Assembly: GCF_003018235.1 (NCBI RefSeq)
Contig: NZ_CP027437.1
DNA length: 64,000 nt
Origin: Escherichia coli
GTDB lineage: Bacteria > Pseudomonadota > Gammaproteobacteria > Enterobacterales > Enterobacteriaceae
Direction: 5' to 3' (one strand)
A program made the position numbers and the translations under genes. How positions within the stretch are numbered: the first letter of the stretch is position 1; each line of letters starts with the position of its first letter. Shown in pieces: positions 38,426-54,849 of this stretch. The notes beneath the pieces were generated by a model. It was not told where the DNA came from, did not search any database, and worked only from the letters and a program-made list of their open reading frames with translations.

Positions 38426-39153
38426 GTAAGCTGATTGTCCCGCAGTGGCCGCTGCCAAAAGGTGTTGCGGCCTGTAGCTCCACTCGTATCGGCGGCGTGA
38501 GCTTGCCCCCGTATGACTCGCTCAACCTCGGTGCTCATTGTGGCGATAACCCGGATCACGTTGAGGAGAATCGTAAGCGACTTTTTGCTGCGGGCAATTT
38601 GCCTTCAAAACCGGTCTGGCTTGAGCAGGTACACGGCAAAGATGTGCTTAAGCTTACTGGCGAACCTTATGCCTCAAAACGAGCAGATGCCTCTTATAGC
38701 AACACGCCGGGCACGGTTTGCGCAGTGATGACTGCCGACTGCCTCCCCGTGCTGTTTTGCAATCGAGCGGGAACGGAAGTCGCCGCCGCTCATGCTGGCT
38801 GGCGTGGACTGTGCTCAGGCGTGCTGGAAGAGACGGTTTCCTGTTTTGCTGATAATCCGGAAAATATTCTCGCCTGGTTAGGGCCGGCAATTGGTCCACG
38901 CGCGTTTGAAGTGGGGGCGGAGGTTCGCGAGGCGTTTATGGCAGTAGACGCCAAAGCGAGTACAGCTTTCATTCAGCATGGTGATAAGTATCTGGCGGAT
39001 ATTTATCTCCTTGCCCGGCAGCGTCTGGCGAACGTCGGTGTCGAACAAATTTTCGGCGGTGACCGTTGTACATATACGGAAAATGAGACTTTCTTCTCTT
39101 ATCGTCGCGACAAGACCACCGGTCGTATGGCAAGTTTCATTTGGCTGATATAA
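38422..39153 (+). CDS. yfiH: YfiH/PgeF family protein
   Basis: 243 aa; synteny between rluD and clpB. Confidence 0.9.
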   Translation: MSKLIVPQWPLPKGVAACSSTRIGGVSLPPYDSLNLGAHCGDNPDHVEENRKRLFAAGNLPSKPVWLEQVHGKDVLKLTGEPYASKRADASYSNTPGTVCAVMTADCLPVLFCNRAGTEVAAAHAGWRGLCSGVLEETVSCFADNPENILAWLGPAIGPRAFEVGAEVREAFMAVDAKASTAFIQHGDKYLADIYLLARQRLANVGVEQIFGGDRCTYTENETFFSYRRDKTTGRMASFIWLI

Positions 39154-39214
39154 CCTAAAGAATCAAGACGATCCGGTACGCGTGATTTTCTTTTCACATT
39201 AATCTGGTCAATAA

Positions 39215-39243
39215 CCTTGAATAATTGAGGGATGACCTCATTT
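39215..39243 (+). promoter_or_regulatory. sigma32 heat-shock promoter of clpB (CCTTGAA, 14-nt spacer, CCTCATTT)
   Basis: Match to sigma32 consensus CTTGAAA / CCCCATNT. Confidence 0.6.
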
Positions 39244-39282
39244 AATCTCCAGTAGCAACTTTGATCCGTTATGGGAGGAGTT

Positions 39283-41856
39283 ATGCGTCTGGATCGTCTT
39301 ACTAATAAATTCCAGCTTGCTCTTGCCGATGCCCAATCACTTGCACTCGGGCACGACAACCAATTCATCGAACCACTTCATTTAATGAGCGCCCTGCTGA
39401 ATCAGGAAGGGGGTTCGGTTAGTCCTTTATTAACATCCGCTGGCATAAATGCTGGCCAGTTGCGCACAGATATCAATCAGGCATTAAATCGTTTACCGCA
39501 GGTTGAAGGTACTGGTGGTGATGTCCAGCCATCACAGGATCTGGTGCGCGTTCTTAATCTTTGCGACAAGCTGGCGCAAAAACGTGGTGATAACTTTATC
39601 TCGTCAGAACTGTTCGTTCTGGCGGCACTTGAGTCTCGCGGCACGCTGGCCGACATCCTGAAAGCAGCAGGGGCGACCACCGCCAACATTACTCAAGCGA
39701 TTGAACAAATGCGTGGAGGTGAAAGCGTGAACGATCAAGGTGCTGAAGACCAACGTCAGGCTTTGAAAAAATATACCATCGACCTTACCGAACGAGCCGA
39801 ACAGGGCAAACTCGATCCGGTGATTGGTCGTGATGAAGAAATTCGCCGTACCATTCAGGTGCTGCAACGTCGTACTAAAAATAACCCAGTACTGATTGGT
39901 GAACCCGGCGTCGGTAAAACTGCCATCGTTGAAGGTCTGGCGCAGCGTATTATCAACGGCGAAGTGCCGGAAGGGTTGAAAGGCCGCCGCGTACTGGCGC
40001 TGGATATGGGCGCGCTGGTGGCTGGGGCGAAATATCGCGGTGAGTTTGAAGAACGTTTAAAAGGCGTGCTTAACGATCTTGCCAAACAGGAAGGCAACGT
40101 CATCCTGTTTATCGACGAATTACATACCATGGTCGGCGCGGGTAAAGCCGATGGCGCAATGGACGCCGGAAACATGCTGAAACCGGCGCTGGCGCGTGGT
40201 GAATTGCACTGCGTAGGTGCCACGACGCTTGACGAATATCGCCAGTACATCGAAAAAGATGCTGCGCTGGAACGTCGTTTCCAGAAAGTGTTTGTTGCCG
40301 AGCCTTCTGTTGAAGATACCATTGCGATTCTGCGTGGCCTGAAAGAACGTTACGAATTGCACCACCATGTGCAAATTACTGACCCGGCAATTGTTGCAGC
40401 GGCGACGTTGTCTCATCGCTACATTGCTGACCGTCAGCTGCCGGATAAAGCCATCGACCTGATCGATGAAGCAGCATCCAGCATTCGTATGCAGATCGAC
40501 TCAAAACCAGAAGAACTCGACCGACTCGATCGTCGTATCATCCAGCTTAAACTGGAACAACAGGCGTTAATGAAAGAGTCTGATGAAGCCAGTAAAAAAC
40601 GCCTGGATATGCTCAACGAAGAACTGAGCGACAAAGAACGTCAGTACTCCGAGTTAGAAGAAGAGTGGAAAGCAGAGAAAGCATCGCTTTCTGGTACACA
40701 GACCATTAAAGCGGAACTGGAACAGGCGAAAATCGCTATTGAACAGGCTCGCCGTGTGGGTGACCTGGCGCGGATGTCTGAACTGCAATACGGCAAAATC
40801 CCGGAACTGGAAAAGCAACTGGAAGCCGCAACGCAGCTCGAAGGCAAAACTATGCGTCTGTTGCGTAATAAAGTGACCGATGCCGAAATTGCTGAAGTGC
40901 TGGCGCGTTGGACGGGGATTCCGGTTTCTCGCATGATGGAAAGCGAGCGCGAAAAACTGCTGCGTATGGAGCAAGAGCTGCACCATCGCGTTATTGGTCA
41001 GAACGAAGCGGTTGATGCGGTATCTAACGCTATTCGTCGTAGCCGTGCGGGGCTGGCGGATCCAAATCGCCCGATTGGTTCATTCCTGTTCCTCGGCCCA
41101 ACGGGTGTGGGGAAAACTGAGCTTTGTAAGGCGCTGGCGAACTTTATGTTTGATAGCGACGAGGCGATGGTCCGTATCGATATGTCCGAGTTTATGGAGA
41201 AACACTCGGTGTCTCGTCTGGTTGGTGCGCCTCCGGGATATGTCGGTTATGAAGAAGGTGGCTACCTGACCGAAGCGGTGCGTCGTCGTCCGTATTCCGT
41301 CATCCTGCTGGATGAAGTGGAAAAAGCGCATCCGGATGTCTTCAACATTCTGTTGCAGGTACTGGATGATGGGCGTCTGACTGACGGGCAGGGGAGAACG
41401 GTCGACTTCCGTAATACGGTTGTCATTATGACCTCTAACCTCGGTTCCGATTTGATTCAGGAACGCTTCGGTGAACTGGATTATGCGCACATGAAAGAGC
41501 TGGTGCTCGGTGTGGTAAGCCATAACTTCCGTCCGGAATTCATTAACCGTATCGATGAAGTGGTGGTCTTCCATCCGCTGGGTGAACAGCACATTGCGTC
41601 GATTGCGCAGATTCAGTTGAAACGTCTGTACAAACGTCTGGAAGAACGTGGTTATGAAATCCACATTTCTGACGAGGCGCTGAAACTGCTGAGCGAGAAC
41701 GGTTACGATCCGGTCTATGGTGCACGTCCTCTGAAACGTGCTATCCAGCAGCAGATCGAAAACCCGCTGGCACAGCAAATACTGTCTGGTGAATTGGTTC
41801 CGGGTAAAGTTATTCGCCTGGAAGTTAATGAAGACCGGATTGTCGCCGTCCAGTAA
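39283..41856 (+). CDS. clpB: chaperone ClpB; internal GTG at 39727 for the short isoform
   Basis: 857 aa with two AAA+ modules ([16 protein letters not shown]); internal GTG with GGAGGTGA RBS. Confidence 0.97.
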
Positions 41857-41862
41857 TGATAA

Positions 41863-41890
41863 AACGAGCCCTTCGGGGCTCGTTTTTGTC
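41863..41890 (+). terminator. intrinsic terminator after clpB
   Basis: ACGAGCCC-TTCG-GGGCTCGT hairpin plus TTTTT. Confidence 0.7.
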
Positions 41891-41970
41891 TATAAATTAG
41901 ACGGAAAAGACTATGCTTAAGATGTTTTGCCTGAAAAATGAGCGAACGATAAAGTTTTTATATTTTTTGC

Positions 41971-41998
41971 TTGTCAGGCCGGAATAACTCCCTATAAT
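41971..41998 (+). promoter_or_regulatory. rRNA operon promoter P1 (TTGTCA, 16 nt, TATAAT) with upstream AT-rich UP element
   Basis: Hexamers read directly; classical rrn P1. Confidence 0.8.
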
Positions 41999-42088
41999 GC
42001 GCCACCACTGACACGGAACAACGGCAAACACGCCGCCGGGTCAGCGGGGTTCTCCTGAGAATCTCAACAGAGTCAAGCAAGAAAATGC

Positions 42089-42116
42089 TTGACTCTGTAG
42101 CGGGAAAGCGTATTAT
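42089..42116 (+). promoter_or_regulatory. rRNA operon promoter P2 (TTGACT, 16 nt, TATTAT)
   Basis: Hexamers read directly. Confidence 0.8.
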
Positions 42117-42153
42117 GCACACCCCGCGCCGCTGAGAAAAAGCGAGGCGGCAC

Positions 42154-42166
42154 TGCTCTTTAACAA
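42154..42166 (+). promoter_or_regulatory. rrn leader boxA antitermination element (TGCTCTTTAACAA)
   Basis: Exact boxA consensus; second boxA-like TGCTCTTTAAAAA in 16S-23S spacer near 44076. Confidence 0.75.
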
Positions 42167-42297
42167 TTTATCAGACAATCTGTGTGGGCACTCGAAGATA
42201 CGGATTCTTAACGTCGCAAGACGAAAAATGAATACCAAGTCTCAAGAGTGAACACGTAATTCATTACGAAGTTTAATTCTTTGAGCATCAAACTTTT

Positions 42298-43839
<1,542 letters not shown>

Positions 43840-43924
43840 CCTTAAAGAACTGTGCTTTGCAGTGCTCACACAGATTGTCTGATGAAAAGTGAAAAGCAAG
43901 GCGTCTTGCGAAGCAGACTGATAC

Positions 43925-44000
43925 GTCCCCTTCGTCTAGAGGCCCAGGACACCGCCCTTTCACGGCGGTAACAGGGGTTCGAATCCCCTAGGGGACGCCA
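43925..44000 (+). tRNA. gltW: tRNA-Glu (anticodon TTC) in 16S-23S spacer
   Basis: Exact E. coli tRNA-Glu sequence GTCCCCTTCGTCTAGAGGCCCAGGACACCGCCCTTTCACGGCGGTAACAGGGGTTCGAATCCCCTAGGGGACGCCA. Confidence 0.98.
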
Positions 44001-44203
44001 CTTGCTGGTTTGTGAGTGAAAGTCACCTGCCTTAATATCTCAAAACTCATCTTCGGGTGACGTTTGAGATATTTGCTCTTTAAAAATCTGGATCAAGCTG
44101 AAAATTGAAACACTGAACAACGAAAGTTGTTCGTGAGTCTCTCAAATTTTCGCAACACGATGATGAATCGAAAGAAACATCTTCGGGTTGTGAGGTTAAG
44201 CGA

Positions 44204-47097
<2,894 letters not shown>

Positions 47098-47189
47098 ACA
47101 ACGCCGAAGCTGTTTTGGCGGATGAGAGAAGATTTTCAGCCTGATACAGATTAAATCAGAACGCAGAAGCGGTCTGATGAAACAGAATT

Positions 47190-47309
47190 TGCCTGGCGGC
47201 CTTAGCGCGGTGGTCCCACCTGACCCCATGCCGAACTCAGAAGTGAAACGCCGTAGCGCCGATGGTAGTGTGGGGTCTCCCCATGCGAGAGTAGGGAACT
47301 GCCAGGCAT
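47190..47309 (+). rRNA. rrfG: 5S ribosomal RNA
   Basis: 120 nt TGCCTGGCGGC...GCCAGGCAT. Confidence 0.97.
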
Positions 47310-47323
47310 CAAATTAAGCAGAA

Positions 47324-47350
47324 GGCCATCCTGACGGATGGCTTTTTTGC
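47324..47350 (+). terminator. rRNA operon terminator
   Basis: GGCCATC-CTGACG-GATGGCC hairpin plus TTTTT. Confidence 0.75.
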
Positions 47351-47631
47351 ATTGGCGCAGAAAAAATGCCGGATGCGACGCTGGCGCGTCTTATACTCCC
47401 ACATAAGCTAGATTCAGCAGCGAATACGGCTTCCCAAACTTGCCCACCTCCATACGTGTCCTCCTTACCAGAAATTTATCCTTAAGCTCCTCAATAACCA
47501 TTTTCCTGCTAACTAAATTCATGGTTAAGGTTGCATAATGATGCGCAACAAATGTATAACATTTTCTTTACCAAAAAAATAAACAACAGCGACCGACAAA
47601 AGCATCGGATTACGGCAGGAGATATAATGGC

Positions 47632-48930
47632 ATGGCTGAAAGTACTGTAACGGCAGACAGCAAACTGACAAGTAGTGATACTCGTCGCCGCATTTGGGCA
47701 ATTGTGGGGGCCTCTTCAGGTAATCTGGTCGAGTGGTTCGATTTCTATGTCTACTCGTTCTGTTCACTCTACTTCGCCCACATCTTCTTCCCTTCCGGGA
47801 ACACGACGACTCAACTACTGCAAACAGCAGGTGTTTTTGCTGCGGGATTTCTGATGCGCCCGATAGGCGGTTGGCTATTTGGCCGCATAGCCGATAAACA
47901 TGGTCGCAAAAAATCGATGCTGTTATCGGTGTGTATGATGTGTTTCGGCTCACTGGTTATCGCCTGTTTGCCAGGCTACGAAACAATCGGTACCTGGGCT
48001 CCGGCATTATTGCTTCTTGCTCGTTTATTCCAGGGATTATCCGTTGGCGGAGAATATGGCACCAGCGCCACCTATATGAGTGAAGTTGCCGTTGAAGGGC
48101 GCAAAGGTTTTTACGCATCATTTCAGTATGTGACGTTGATCGGCGGGCAATTGCTAGCTCTACTGGTTGTCGTGGTTTTACAACACACCATGGAAGACGC
48201 TGCACTCAGAGAGTGGGGATGGCGTATTCCTTTCGCGTTAGGAGCTGTGTTAGCTGTTGTGGCGTTGTGGTTACGTCGTCAGTTAGATGAAACTTCACAA
48301 CAAGAAACACGCGCTTTAAAAGAAGCTGGATCTCTGAAAGGATTATGGCGCAATCGCCGTGCATTCATCATGGTTCTCGGTTTTACCGCTGCGGGCTCCC
48401 TTTGTTTCTATACCTTCACCACTTATATGCAGAAGTATCTGGTAAATACTGCGGGAATGCATGCCAACGTGGCGAGTGGCATTATGACTGCCGCATTGTT
48501 TGTATTCATGCTTATTCAACCACTTATTGGCGCGCTGTCGGATAAGATTGGTCGTCGTACCTCAATGTTATGTTTCGGTTCGCTGGCAACCATTTTTACC
48601 GTTCCTATTCTCTCAGCATTGCAGAACGTTTCTTCGCCTTATGCCGCTTTTGGTCTGGTGATGTGCGCCCTGCTGATAGTGAGTTTTTATACTTCAATCA
48701 GTGGAATACTGAAGGCTGAGATGTTCCCGGCACAGGTTCGCGCATTAGGCGTTGGTCTGTCATATGCGGTCGCCAATGCTATATTTGGTGGCTCAGCAGA
48801 GTATGTAGCGTTGTCGCTGAAATCAATAGGAATGGAAACAGCCTTCTTCTGGTATGTGACCTTGATGGCCGTGGTGGCGTTTCTGGTTTCTTTGATGCTA
48901 CATCGCAAAGGGAAGGGGATGCGCCTTTAA
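47632..48930 (+). CDS. kgtP: alpha-ketoglutarate permease (MFS)
   Basis: 432 aa matching E. coli KgtP ([39 protein letters not shown]...). Confidence 0.95.
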   Translation: MAESTVTADSKLTSSDTRRRIWAIVGASSGNLVEWFDFYVYSFCSLYFAHIFFPSGNTTTQLLQTAGVFAAGFLMRPIGGWLFGRIADKHGRKKSMLLSVCMMCFGSLVIACLPGYETIGTWAPALLLLARLFQGLSVGGEYGTSATYMSEVAVEGRKGFYASFQYVTLIGGQLLALLVVVVLQHTMEDAALREWGWRIPFALGAVLAVVALWLRRQLDETSQQETRALKEAGSLKGLWRNRRAFIMVLGFTAAGSLCFYTFTTYMQKYLVNTAGMHANVASGIMTAALFVFMLIQPLIGALSDKIGRRTSMLCFGSLATIFTVPILSALQNVSSPYAAFGLVMCALLIVSFYTSISGILKAEMFPAQVRALGVGLSYAVANAIFGGSAEYVALSLKSIGMETAFFWYVTLMAVVAFLVSLMLHRKGKGMRL

Positions 48931-49271
48931 TTATGCGCCAACTGCCAGACGGTATAGCCAGTAGTTGCACCGGCGACATCCCAGGTAAAATCTTTCCAGC
49001 TCCAGCCGCTCCCCTCGGGGCGGCTATCCCAAAGTTCTTTTGACGCGCCCAGCCCAACAGAGAACATCAGCCCGAAAGTGGCACTGCGATCTCGACTCAT
49101 CCCCTGATGCTGTGCATATTCATTTCCGGCGGCGGAAAGCATCGCCGAGGCGATAAAGTGTTGAGCTTTATCCTGCCCGCTCCAGCTATCGTTAGCCATA
49201 TGGCTGCATCCAGAAAGTAACAATAGCGAACAGACAAAAAGAATACGCAAAACGTGGCCTCCAAAAAACAA
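48927..49271 (-). CDS. yfiM: lipoprotein YfiM
   Basis: Lipobox LLLSGCS; synteny; start codon uncertain (TTG in ORF track). Confidence 0.8.
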   Translation of the reverse strand: MFFGGHVLRILFVCSLLLLSGCSHMANDSWSGQDKAQHFIASAMLSAAGNEYAQHQGMSRDRSATFGLMFSVGLGASKELWDSRPEGSGWSWKDFTWDVAGATTGYTVWQLAHN

Positions 49272-49295
49272 ACCCCGTACAGGACGGGGTTGTGA

Positions 49296-50651
49296 TTACA
49301 GGATGCGGCTAATTAATCGGTCGATGCGGATACGGCGCAAACGACGGATGAGTTTACGAACCTTCACCGGATAATCGGCAATACTTTGCAGATCGCGATA
49401 GTGCTTAACGATGGTGGTATGCTCGCGGATCAGCTCCAGTTCTTTCTCTCGCTGTGGCGCAAGCTCCAGTTGCGGATCGTGGATCAAAATGGCGTTTTCC
49501 AGATCCAGACGCCAGGCGCGCGGGTTCAGGTTATTACCAGTGATCAACATCCACTTATCATCAACCCACATCCCTTTCAGGTGATAGGTGTTGTCGTCAT
49601 CTTTCCATAACCGAACCACTAACTGGTCAGTGTTGACGTAATACTGTAAACGGCTCAGGAAACGACGCAGATTGATCTCATAGAGATAAGGCAATGCGCC
49701 AATTATCTTGAAAGGTTCATCTTCCGGAATGTAGAAGTCATTCGCGGTTTTATCACCAACAATAATTTCGACCTTTTTCCCTTCGCGCAGCAACTGGATG
49801 ATATTGCGCACAAGGATTGCTGGCAGGTTGAAGTATGGCGTACAGATGGTTAGTTTCTGCTCGGCACAAGGCATAAGGTGGAAAATGGTCTTGTTTAACA
49901 GACTCGATTTCCCCAGTCCCACTAGCGGCGTTACGGAAAGCTGATCGTTGTCGGCATCGCCCTGGAAATGATAAGCGGCATCACGCAGCTCCTGGCGGAA
50001 CAGACGAATATCGTTCTTGATTTCCGGGCTTTTTGGCCGATTAACATCATCCAGACGATTAACGCCGCGGCCATTCATAATATTCTGTGTAACCCATTCA
50101 AACATAATGTCTGACATCTTACGGTTACGGATCAGATGATAACGGTCGTAGCGATATTTATCGTGCTGATGCAGGTAAACATCGTTCAGGCTGGCACCGC
50201 TATAAAGTACGCTATCGTCGATGATAAAGCCTTTAAAGTGCAGAACACCAAGGGCTTCACGGGTATTGATTGGAACGCCATAAACCGGAACATCTACGCC
50301 CGGATTTTCCTGCGCCATGCGGCAGTACCAGTCAGCGTTAGTGTTAGATGCCGCAGCGCCAATGCGTCCACGTTGTGCACGATGCCAGTCGACCAGCACC
50401 CGCACATCCAGTTCCGGACGCTGCCTTTTAGCCTCATACAACGCGTTCAGAATGCCTTTGCCACCGTCATCCTGTTCGAGATACAGGGCGACAATGCAAA
50501 TGCGCTGCTTCGCGCTGGCTATTTTTTCCAGCAGCGTCTCCCGGAAGTCGGCGGGAGCGTAAAAGAAATCGACATCATCAACTGATTGAGAAATCTTGGG
50601 TAGTTGGGCAAGGTGTTGTTGATGTTTATTACGCTTAAATTTTGACAACAT
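49296..50651 (-). CDS. pssA: CDP-diacylglycerol-serine O-phosphatidyltransferase
   Basis: 451 aa matching E. coli PssA (MLSKFKRNKHQQHLAQLPKISQSVDDVDFFYAPADF...). Confidence 0.95.
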   Translation of the reverse strand: MLSKFKRNKHQQHLAQLPKISQSVDDVDFFYAPADFRETLLEKIASAKQRICIVALYLEQDDGGKGILNALYEAKRQRPELDVRVLVDWHRAQRGRIGAAASNTNADWYCRMAQENPGVDVPVYGVPINTREALGVLHFKGFIIDDSVLYSGASLNDVYLHQHDKYRYDRYHLIRNRKMSDIMFEWVTQNIMNGRGVNRLDDVNRPKSPEIKNDIRLFRQELRDAAYHFQGDADNDQLSVTPLVGLGKSSLLNKTIFHLMPCAEQKLTICTPYFNLPAILVRNIIQLLREGKKVEIIVGDKTANDFYIPEDEPFKIIGALPYLYEINLRRFLSRLQYYVNTDQLVVRLWKDDDNTYHLKGMWVDDKWMLITGNNLNPRAWRLDLENAILIHDPQLELAPQREKELELIREHTTIVKHYRDLQSIADYPVKVRKLIRRLRRIRIDRLISRIL

Positions 50652-50764
50652 CACAGTGCATTTCTTCTCTGTTCATTGAAGGGTCCTCTGTGCAATGCAG
50701 ACGACATAAGCGGGCAATAATAACACCAGTCCCGATTAAGTGGTCAACATTTCCAGTACCTTAC

Positions 50765-53425
50765 TCATGATTCCTCGCGCTGGGCAAGATTTAGCGTAAG
50801 CCCAACGATCCCCTCTTCGAGCTGGATATCAACGTTAAACCCGAGCTTGCGGGCCAGCGCCACCATGCCACGATTGTTTGGCATCGTAATACCATTCAGA
50901 CGTTGTAGTCCGTGATCTCGCGTATAGGTAATCAACTTTTCCATTAAGCGTCGACCTAAGCCTAACCCTTTGAGATCCGAGCGAACCAGCACGGCAAATT
51001 CGGCATCGATGTTATCAGGGTCGGAGATCGCACGCGTGACGCCGAGGATCTCTTCCGTTTGTTCAATACGTCGTACTGCTACAAACGCCATTTCCCGATC
51101 GTAGTCGATCTGCGTCATGTTGGCTAAATCTTCATGGGTAAATTCGTTGATCTCGCTAAAGTAGCGGTAATAAAGATCTTCTTTGGTGACTCGCGAAATG
51201 AATTGCTGAAGTTGTGGCTCATCTTCTGGCAAAATCGGGCGGAACAAGCAGCGTTCACCGTTTTTCAATTCTACCCATTCTTCCAGCTGATGCGGATAAG
51301 GGCGCACTGCCAGCCGACTCTCGTTATCGCCTTCAAACGGCGCGATATCCAGCGTGACATCCAGCGCGGTAAATTCACTGCCAGAAGCCAGCAAAGGATG
51401 AATATCCAGACGCTGAATTTCCGGGCAATCGACAATCAAGTTAGAAACCTGCACCAGAAGCTGGCTCAAGCCTGCAACATCTAATGGGCGTAGCGCACTG
51501 CGCGCACGAATCTTTTTACTTTTGATCCCCTGAATAACCAGATAGCGGGCCAGGTTCATGTTCAGCGGCGGTAGTGCGACGACGGCTTGATCTTCAGGAC
51601 GCCACTCCACACCGCCTTCGCCCAGCATGATCAACGGCCCGAAAACCGGATCGTGCTCAACCACAACCCGCAACTCCTGAGCGCCAGCACGGTTAGCCAT
51701 ACTTTGCACCAACAGGCCGTGGATCCGCGCCTGCGGCCAGGCCATTTTTACGCGATCGAAAATAGCGTTTGCCGCTTGCTGGACTTCATTAGCTGTACGC
51801 AGGTAGAGCATTACGCCCTGAACTTCCGATTTATGTGGAATATCCGGCGAACGCAATTTCAGCGCCACCGGATAACCAATCTGTTCGGCAATATGCACCG
51901 CTTCGGTGCTATCGCTGGCAATCCAGGTGGGGAGCGTGTTCATGCCATACGCTTGCAGGATGGGCTGAACTTCATGGGTATCGAGCGACGTAGCCCCTTC
52001 GGCAATCGCCTGTTGCAACAGAAGATGTGCTTCTGCGGTATTGGAGGTCAGATTGCTGGGCAACGCCGGCGTTTCGCGTAGTTGCTTCTGATTACGTCGG
52101 TACTCCACCATATGCATAAAAGCAGTGATGGTTCCTTCCGGCGTGCGATAGGTCGGCAGCCCGGCTTCACTGAATAATCGTCGTGCCTCTTGAGAGGAGT
52201 GCTCGCCGCACCAGTTCGTCAGCAGAGAAACATACTTGCTGCGGGGATGATGCTTTACCGCTTCAATTAATACTTGCGCGCTTTCTGTTGCGGGAGCAGC
52301 GGCGCTGGGCGAATGAATAACCATCAGCGCATCAAAATCCTGGCTGTGGAGCAGAATGTCCAGCGTTTTGACATAATGCTCGCTGCTGGCGTCATCGCGT
52401 AGATCGAGCGGGTTAGAGACTGCCACATGTTCTGGCAGTGCATCGCGCAGTTTCTGGCAGGTTTCTTCGCTTAGTGTTGCCAGCTTGCCATTGCGTGACC
52501 ATAAGGCATCCAGCGCCAGCGCGGCAGGCGCAGCACCGTTGCTGATAATCATCAACCGGTCGCCACGCAGCGGGCGCATATGGCTAAGGGTTTCTACCGC
52601 CGAAAACAGTTCGTGGGTGTCCTGTACCCGCAACAAACCGGCACGCTGAATAGCCGCATCCCACGCCGGATCCATTCCTGCCGTGGTGTTCAACAGACGT
52701 TGAGCCGCCGGGCTACGTCCGCTTTTAATCACCAGAATCGGTTTATTGCGAGAGGCACTACGGGCCGCCGAAACAAAGCGTCGCGCGTCGCTTAACTGTT
52801 CGAGATAGAGCAGGATGGCGCTGGTTTTACTGTCGCGCGCCAGATAGTCGAGCAATTCATCAACGTCGATATCCAGGCTGTCGCCGAGCGCAATAAAGTA
52901 GGAAAAGCCCATCTCACGCTGTTGCGCCCAGTCGAGGATGGTATTGGAGACGGCAGCCGATTGCGAAATAAACGCCAGCTTGCCGCGTTTAATCGGCACA
53001 GGTGAAAAGCTGGCATTTAGACCTTGCCAGGGAGCCAGTAAACCCAGACTGTTTGGTCCTAGCAGGCGCATGTTATGGCGCAGGGCGCAGGCGCGGAGAT
53101 CTTCGTGTTGCGATGCCGGGGCGGAAAGAATAATGCAGGTTTTACAGCCTTTCTCGCCGAGCTCTTCCAGAAGAGCAAGATTACGGCTGGCATTGGTACA
53201 TAAAACCGCAAGGTCGGGTGTAAAGGGCAAGCTGGCAATATCCGGCCAGGCCAACACACCCAACACCGCTTTCCAGGCAGGCGTCACCGGGAGTACCGGT
53301 CCGTTAAAGCCTCCCGCCAGCAGGTTACGCATCATCAGGTAACCTGCGCGATTGGGTTTCATCGATGCGCCAATTACCGCAATCGATTTTGGTCGCAGTA
53401 GTGCTTCCAGTCCTCGCTGACTCAT
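50765..53425 (-). CDS. patZ: protein lysine acetyltransferase PatZ/Pka
   Basis: 886 aa; N-terminal CoA-binding/acyl-CoA synthetase-like region and C-terminal GNAT domain. Confidence 0.95.
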   Translation of the reverse strand: MSQRGLEALLRPKSIAVIGASMKPNRAGYLMMRNLLAGGFNGPVLPVTPAWKAVLGVLAWPDIASLPFTPDLAVLCTNASRNLALLEELGEKGCKTCIILSAPASQHEDLRACALRHNMRLLGPNSLGLLAPWQGLNASFSPVPIKRGKLAFISQSAAVSNTILDWAQQREMGFSYFIALGDSLDIDVDELLDYLARDSKTSAILLYLEQLSDARRFVSAARSASRNKPILVIKSGRSPAAQRLLNTTAGMDPAWDAAIQRAGLLRVQDTHELFSAVETLSHMRPLRGDRLMIISNGAAPAALALDALWSRNGKLATLSEETCQKLRDALPEHVAVSNPLDLRDDASSEHYVKTLDILLHSQDFDALMVIHSPSAAAPATESAQVLIEAVKHHPRSKYVSLLTNWCGEHSSQEARRLFSEAGLPTYRTPEGTITAFMHMVEYRRNQKQLRETPALPSNLTSNTAEAHLLLQQAIAEGATSLDTHEVQPILQAYGMNTLPTWIASDSTEAVHIAEQIGYPVALKLRSPDIPHKSEVQGVMLYLRTANEVQQAANAIFDRVKMAWPQARIHGLLVQSMANRAGAQELRVVVEHDPVFGPLIMLGEGGVEWRPEDQAVVALPPLNMNLARYLVIQGIKSKKIRARSALRPLDVAGLSQLLVQVSNLIVDCPEIQRLDIHPLLASGSEFTALDVTLDIAPFEGDNESRLAVRPYPHQLEEWVELKNGERCLFRPILPEDEPQLQQFISRVTKEDLYYRYFSEINEFTHEDLANMTQIDYDREMAFVAVRRIEQTEEILGVTRAISDPDNIDAEFAVLVRSDLKGLGLGRRLMEKLITYTRDHGLQRLNGITMPNNRGMVALARKLGFNVDIQLEEGIVGLTLNLAQREES

Positions 53426-53456
53426 ACCGGTCTCCCGCAGAAGTGACCGAATGATT

Positions 53457-54155
53457 TTAAACGCTTTCTAACTGTTCTGCTGTGATGCTACCCAGATGTT
53501 GCGTTTTTCCTGCCAGATAGCGTGTTTTAAAGCGGGTAAAATGCTCGCCTAACCCTGCCGCCGCCCCGGTATCGCCGGCCATATCTAACAGTGCGATGGC
53601 TACCTCGGCAGTACAATATTGGCCTTCAGCCTGGGCTTCACGCAGGCGATAGGCAGAAAGCCGGGAAAGATCGACGGAAATGACGGGAAGATTATCCAGA
53701 TACGGACTTTTACGAAACATCTTGCGAGCTTCAGGCCAGGTACCATCGAGCATGATAAATAGCGGAGGCTTACCGGCAGGTGGTGTGAAGATCACTTCCC
53801 GTTGCTCATCAGCATATGAGGCGGGAAAGACCACCATTGGCTGATAGTCCGGGTTTTGTACCAGATCCAGCAAATCTAGCGAGGGTTCGGTACGCGACCA
53901 TTGAAACGCAACGGTATCAGGCAAAATATCAGCAATCAGACGCCCGGTATTACTGGGCTTCATTGGCTCGGTGTCGAACATCAGCAAACAGAAGCGACTT
54001 TTTGCTTGTGCTGGGGTAATTGTCGAACAGAGACATAATTTCTCTGGCAAAAGACAGCGTTGGCAGCGACGAACGCGATTACCGCGGGCAAGAAAAGGAC
54101 GTGTTGCGCGCGCAATACGCTCGGCGCGTAACTGGAGAACAGCGTTTTCGGTCAT
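53457..54155 (-). CDS. yfiP: DTW-domain tRNA-uridine aminocarboxypropyltransferase YfiP
   Basis: 232 aa from MTENAVLQLRAE; Cys cluster and DTW-like motif FIMLDGTWPEA. Confidence 0.9.
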   Translation of the reverse strand: MTENAVLQLRAERIARATRPFLARGNRVRRCQRCLLPEKLCLCSTITPAQAKSRFCLLMFDTEPMKPSNTGRLIADILPDTVAFQWSRTEPSLDLLDLVQNPDYQPMVVFPASYADEQREVIFTPPAGKPPLFIMLDGTWPEARKMFRKSPYLDNLPVISVDLSRLSAYRLREAQAEGQYCTAEVAIALLDMAGDTGAAAGLGEHFTRFKTRYLAGKTQHLGSITAEQLESV

Positions 54156-54223
54156 AAGAGAGCGTCGAAAAAACGCCATTGTCGCAGAGGAGAAAACGGG
54201 GCACAAGATGCGCCCCGGTAAGA

Positions 54224-54643
54224 TTAAAGAGATTCGTTCAGCCAGCTATCAAACGGCGCTTTCGGTACTGCGCCATTAAGCATGTCGACAACCTGACCGT
54301 TTTTGAAAATCATGATCGTCGGTATACTACGAATTCCAAAGCGACTGCTCAATTCACGTTCAGCTTCGGTATTCACTTTCACAAAGCGCACTTTACCGCT
54401 ACGCTCTTGCGCGACATCTTCAAAAATTGGTGCGAAATTACGGCAGGGGCCGCACCACGGTGCCCAGAAGTCGATCACCACAGGTAGATCATCTTTCAGC
54501 AATTTGTCGAGCGTTTCACCGGTCGCATTAATCACCTCTCCGTCAAACAAGTCGTGACCGCAGCGTCCGCATTTTGCCGCATCTTCGATCCGATCGTCGG
54601 GAATGCGATTGATGGCCTGACAATGGGTACAAACGGTATTCAT
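54224..54643 (-). CDS. trxC: thioredoxin 2
   Basis: 139 aa; N-terminal zinc-binding CxxC pairs and WCGPC active site. Confidence 0.97.
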
Positions 54644-54849
54644 AACTAACCTCGGGATGAGTAAGGAGACTTATCGGCAACGACGCCGGTATGTTTCTAA
54701 TATGTTACATATTATCGGGGACATTGTTCCAGACAACAATCTGTTTTATTCAATAGGTATGATAGTCGCAGGCTTTGGTACGAAATCATGGCGAACCGCG
54801 CGGACTTCGGGTAATCTGCGCGCTTCGCGCAGCGCTGGTGGAGAAAAGC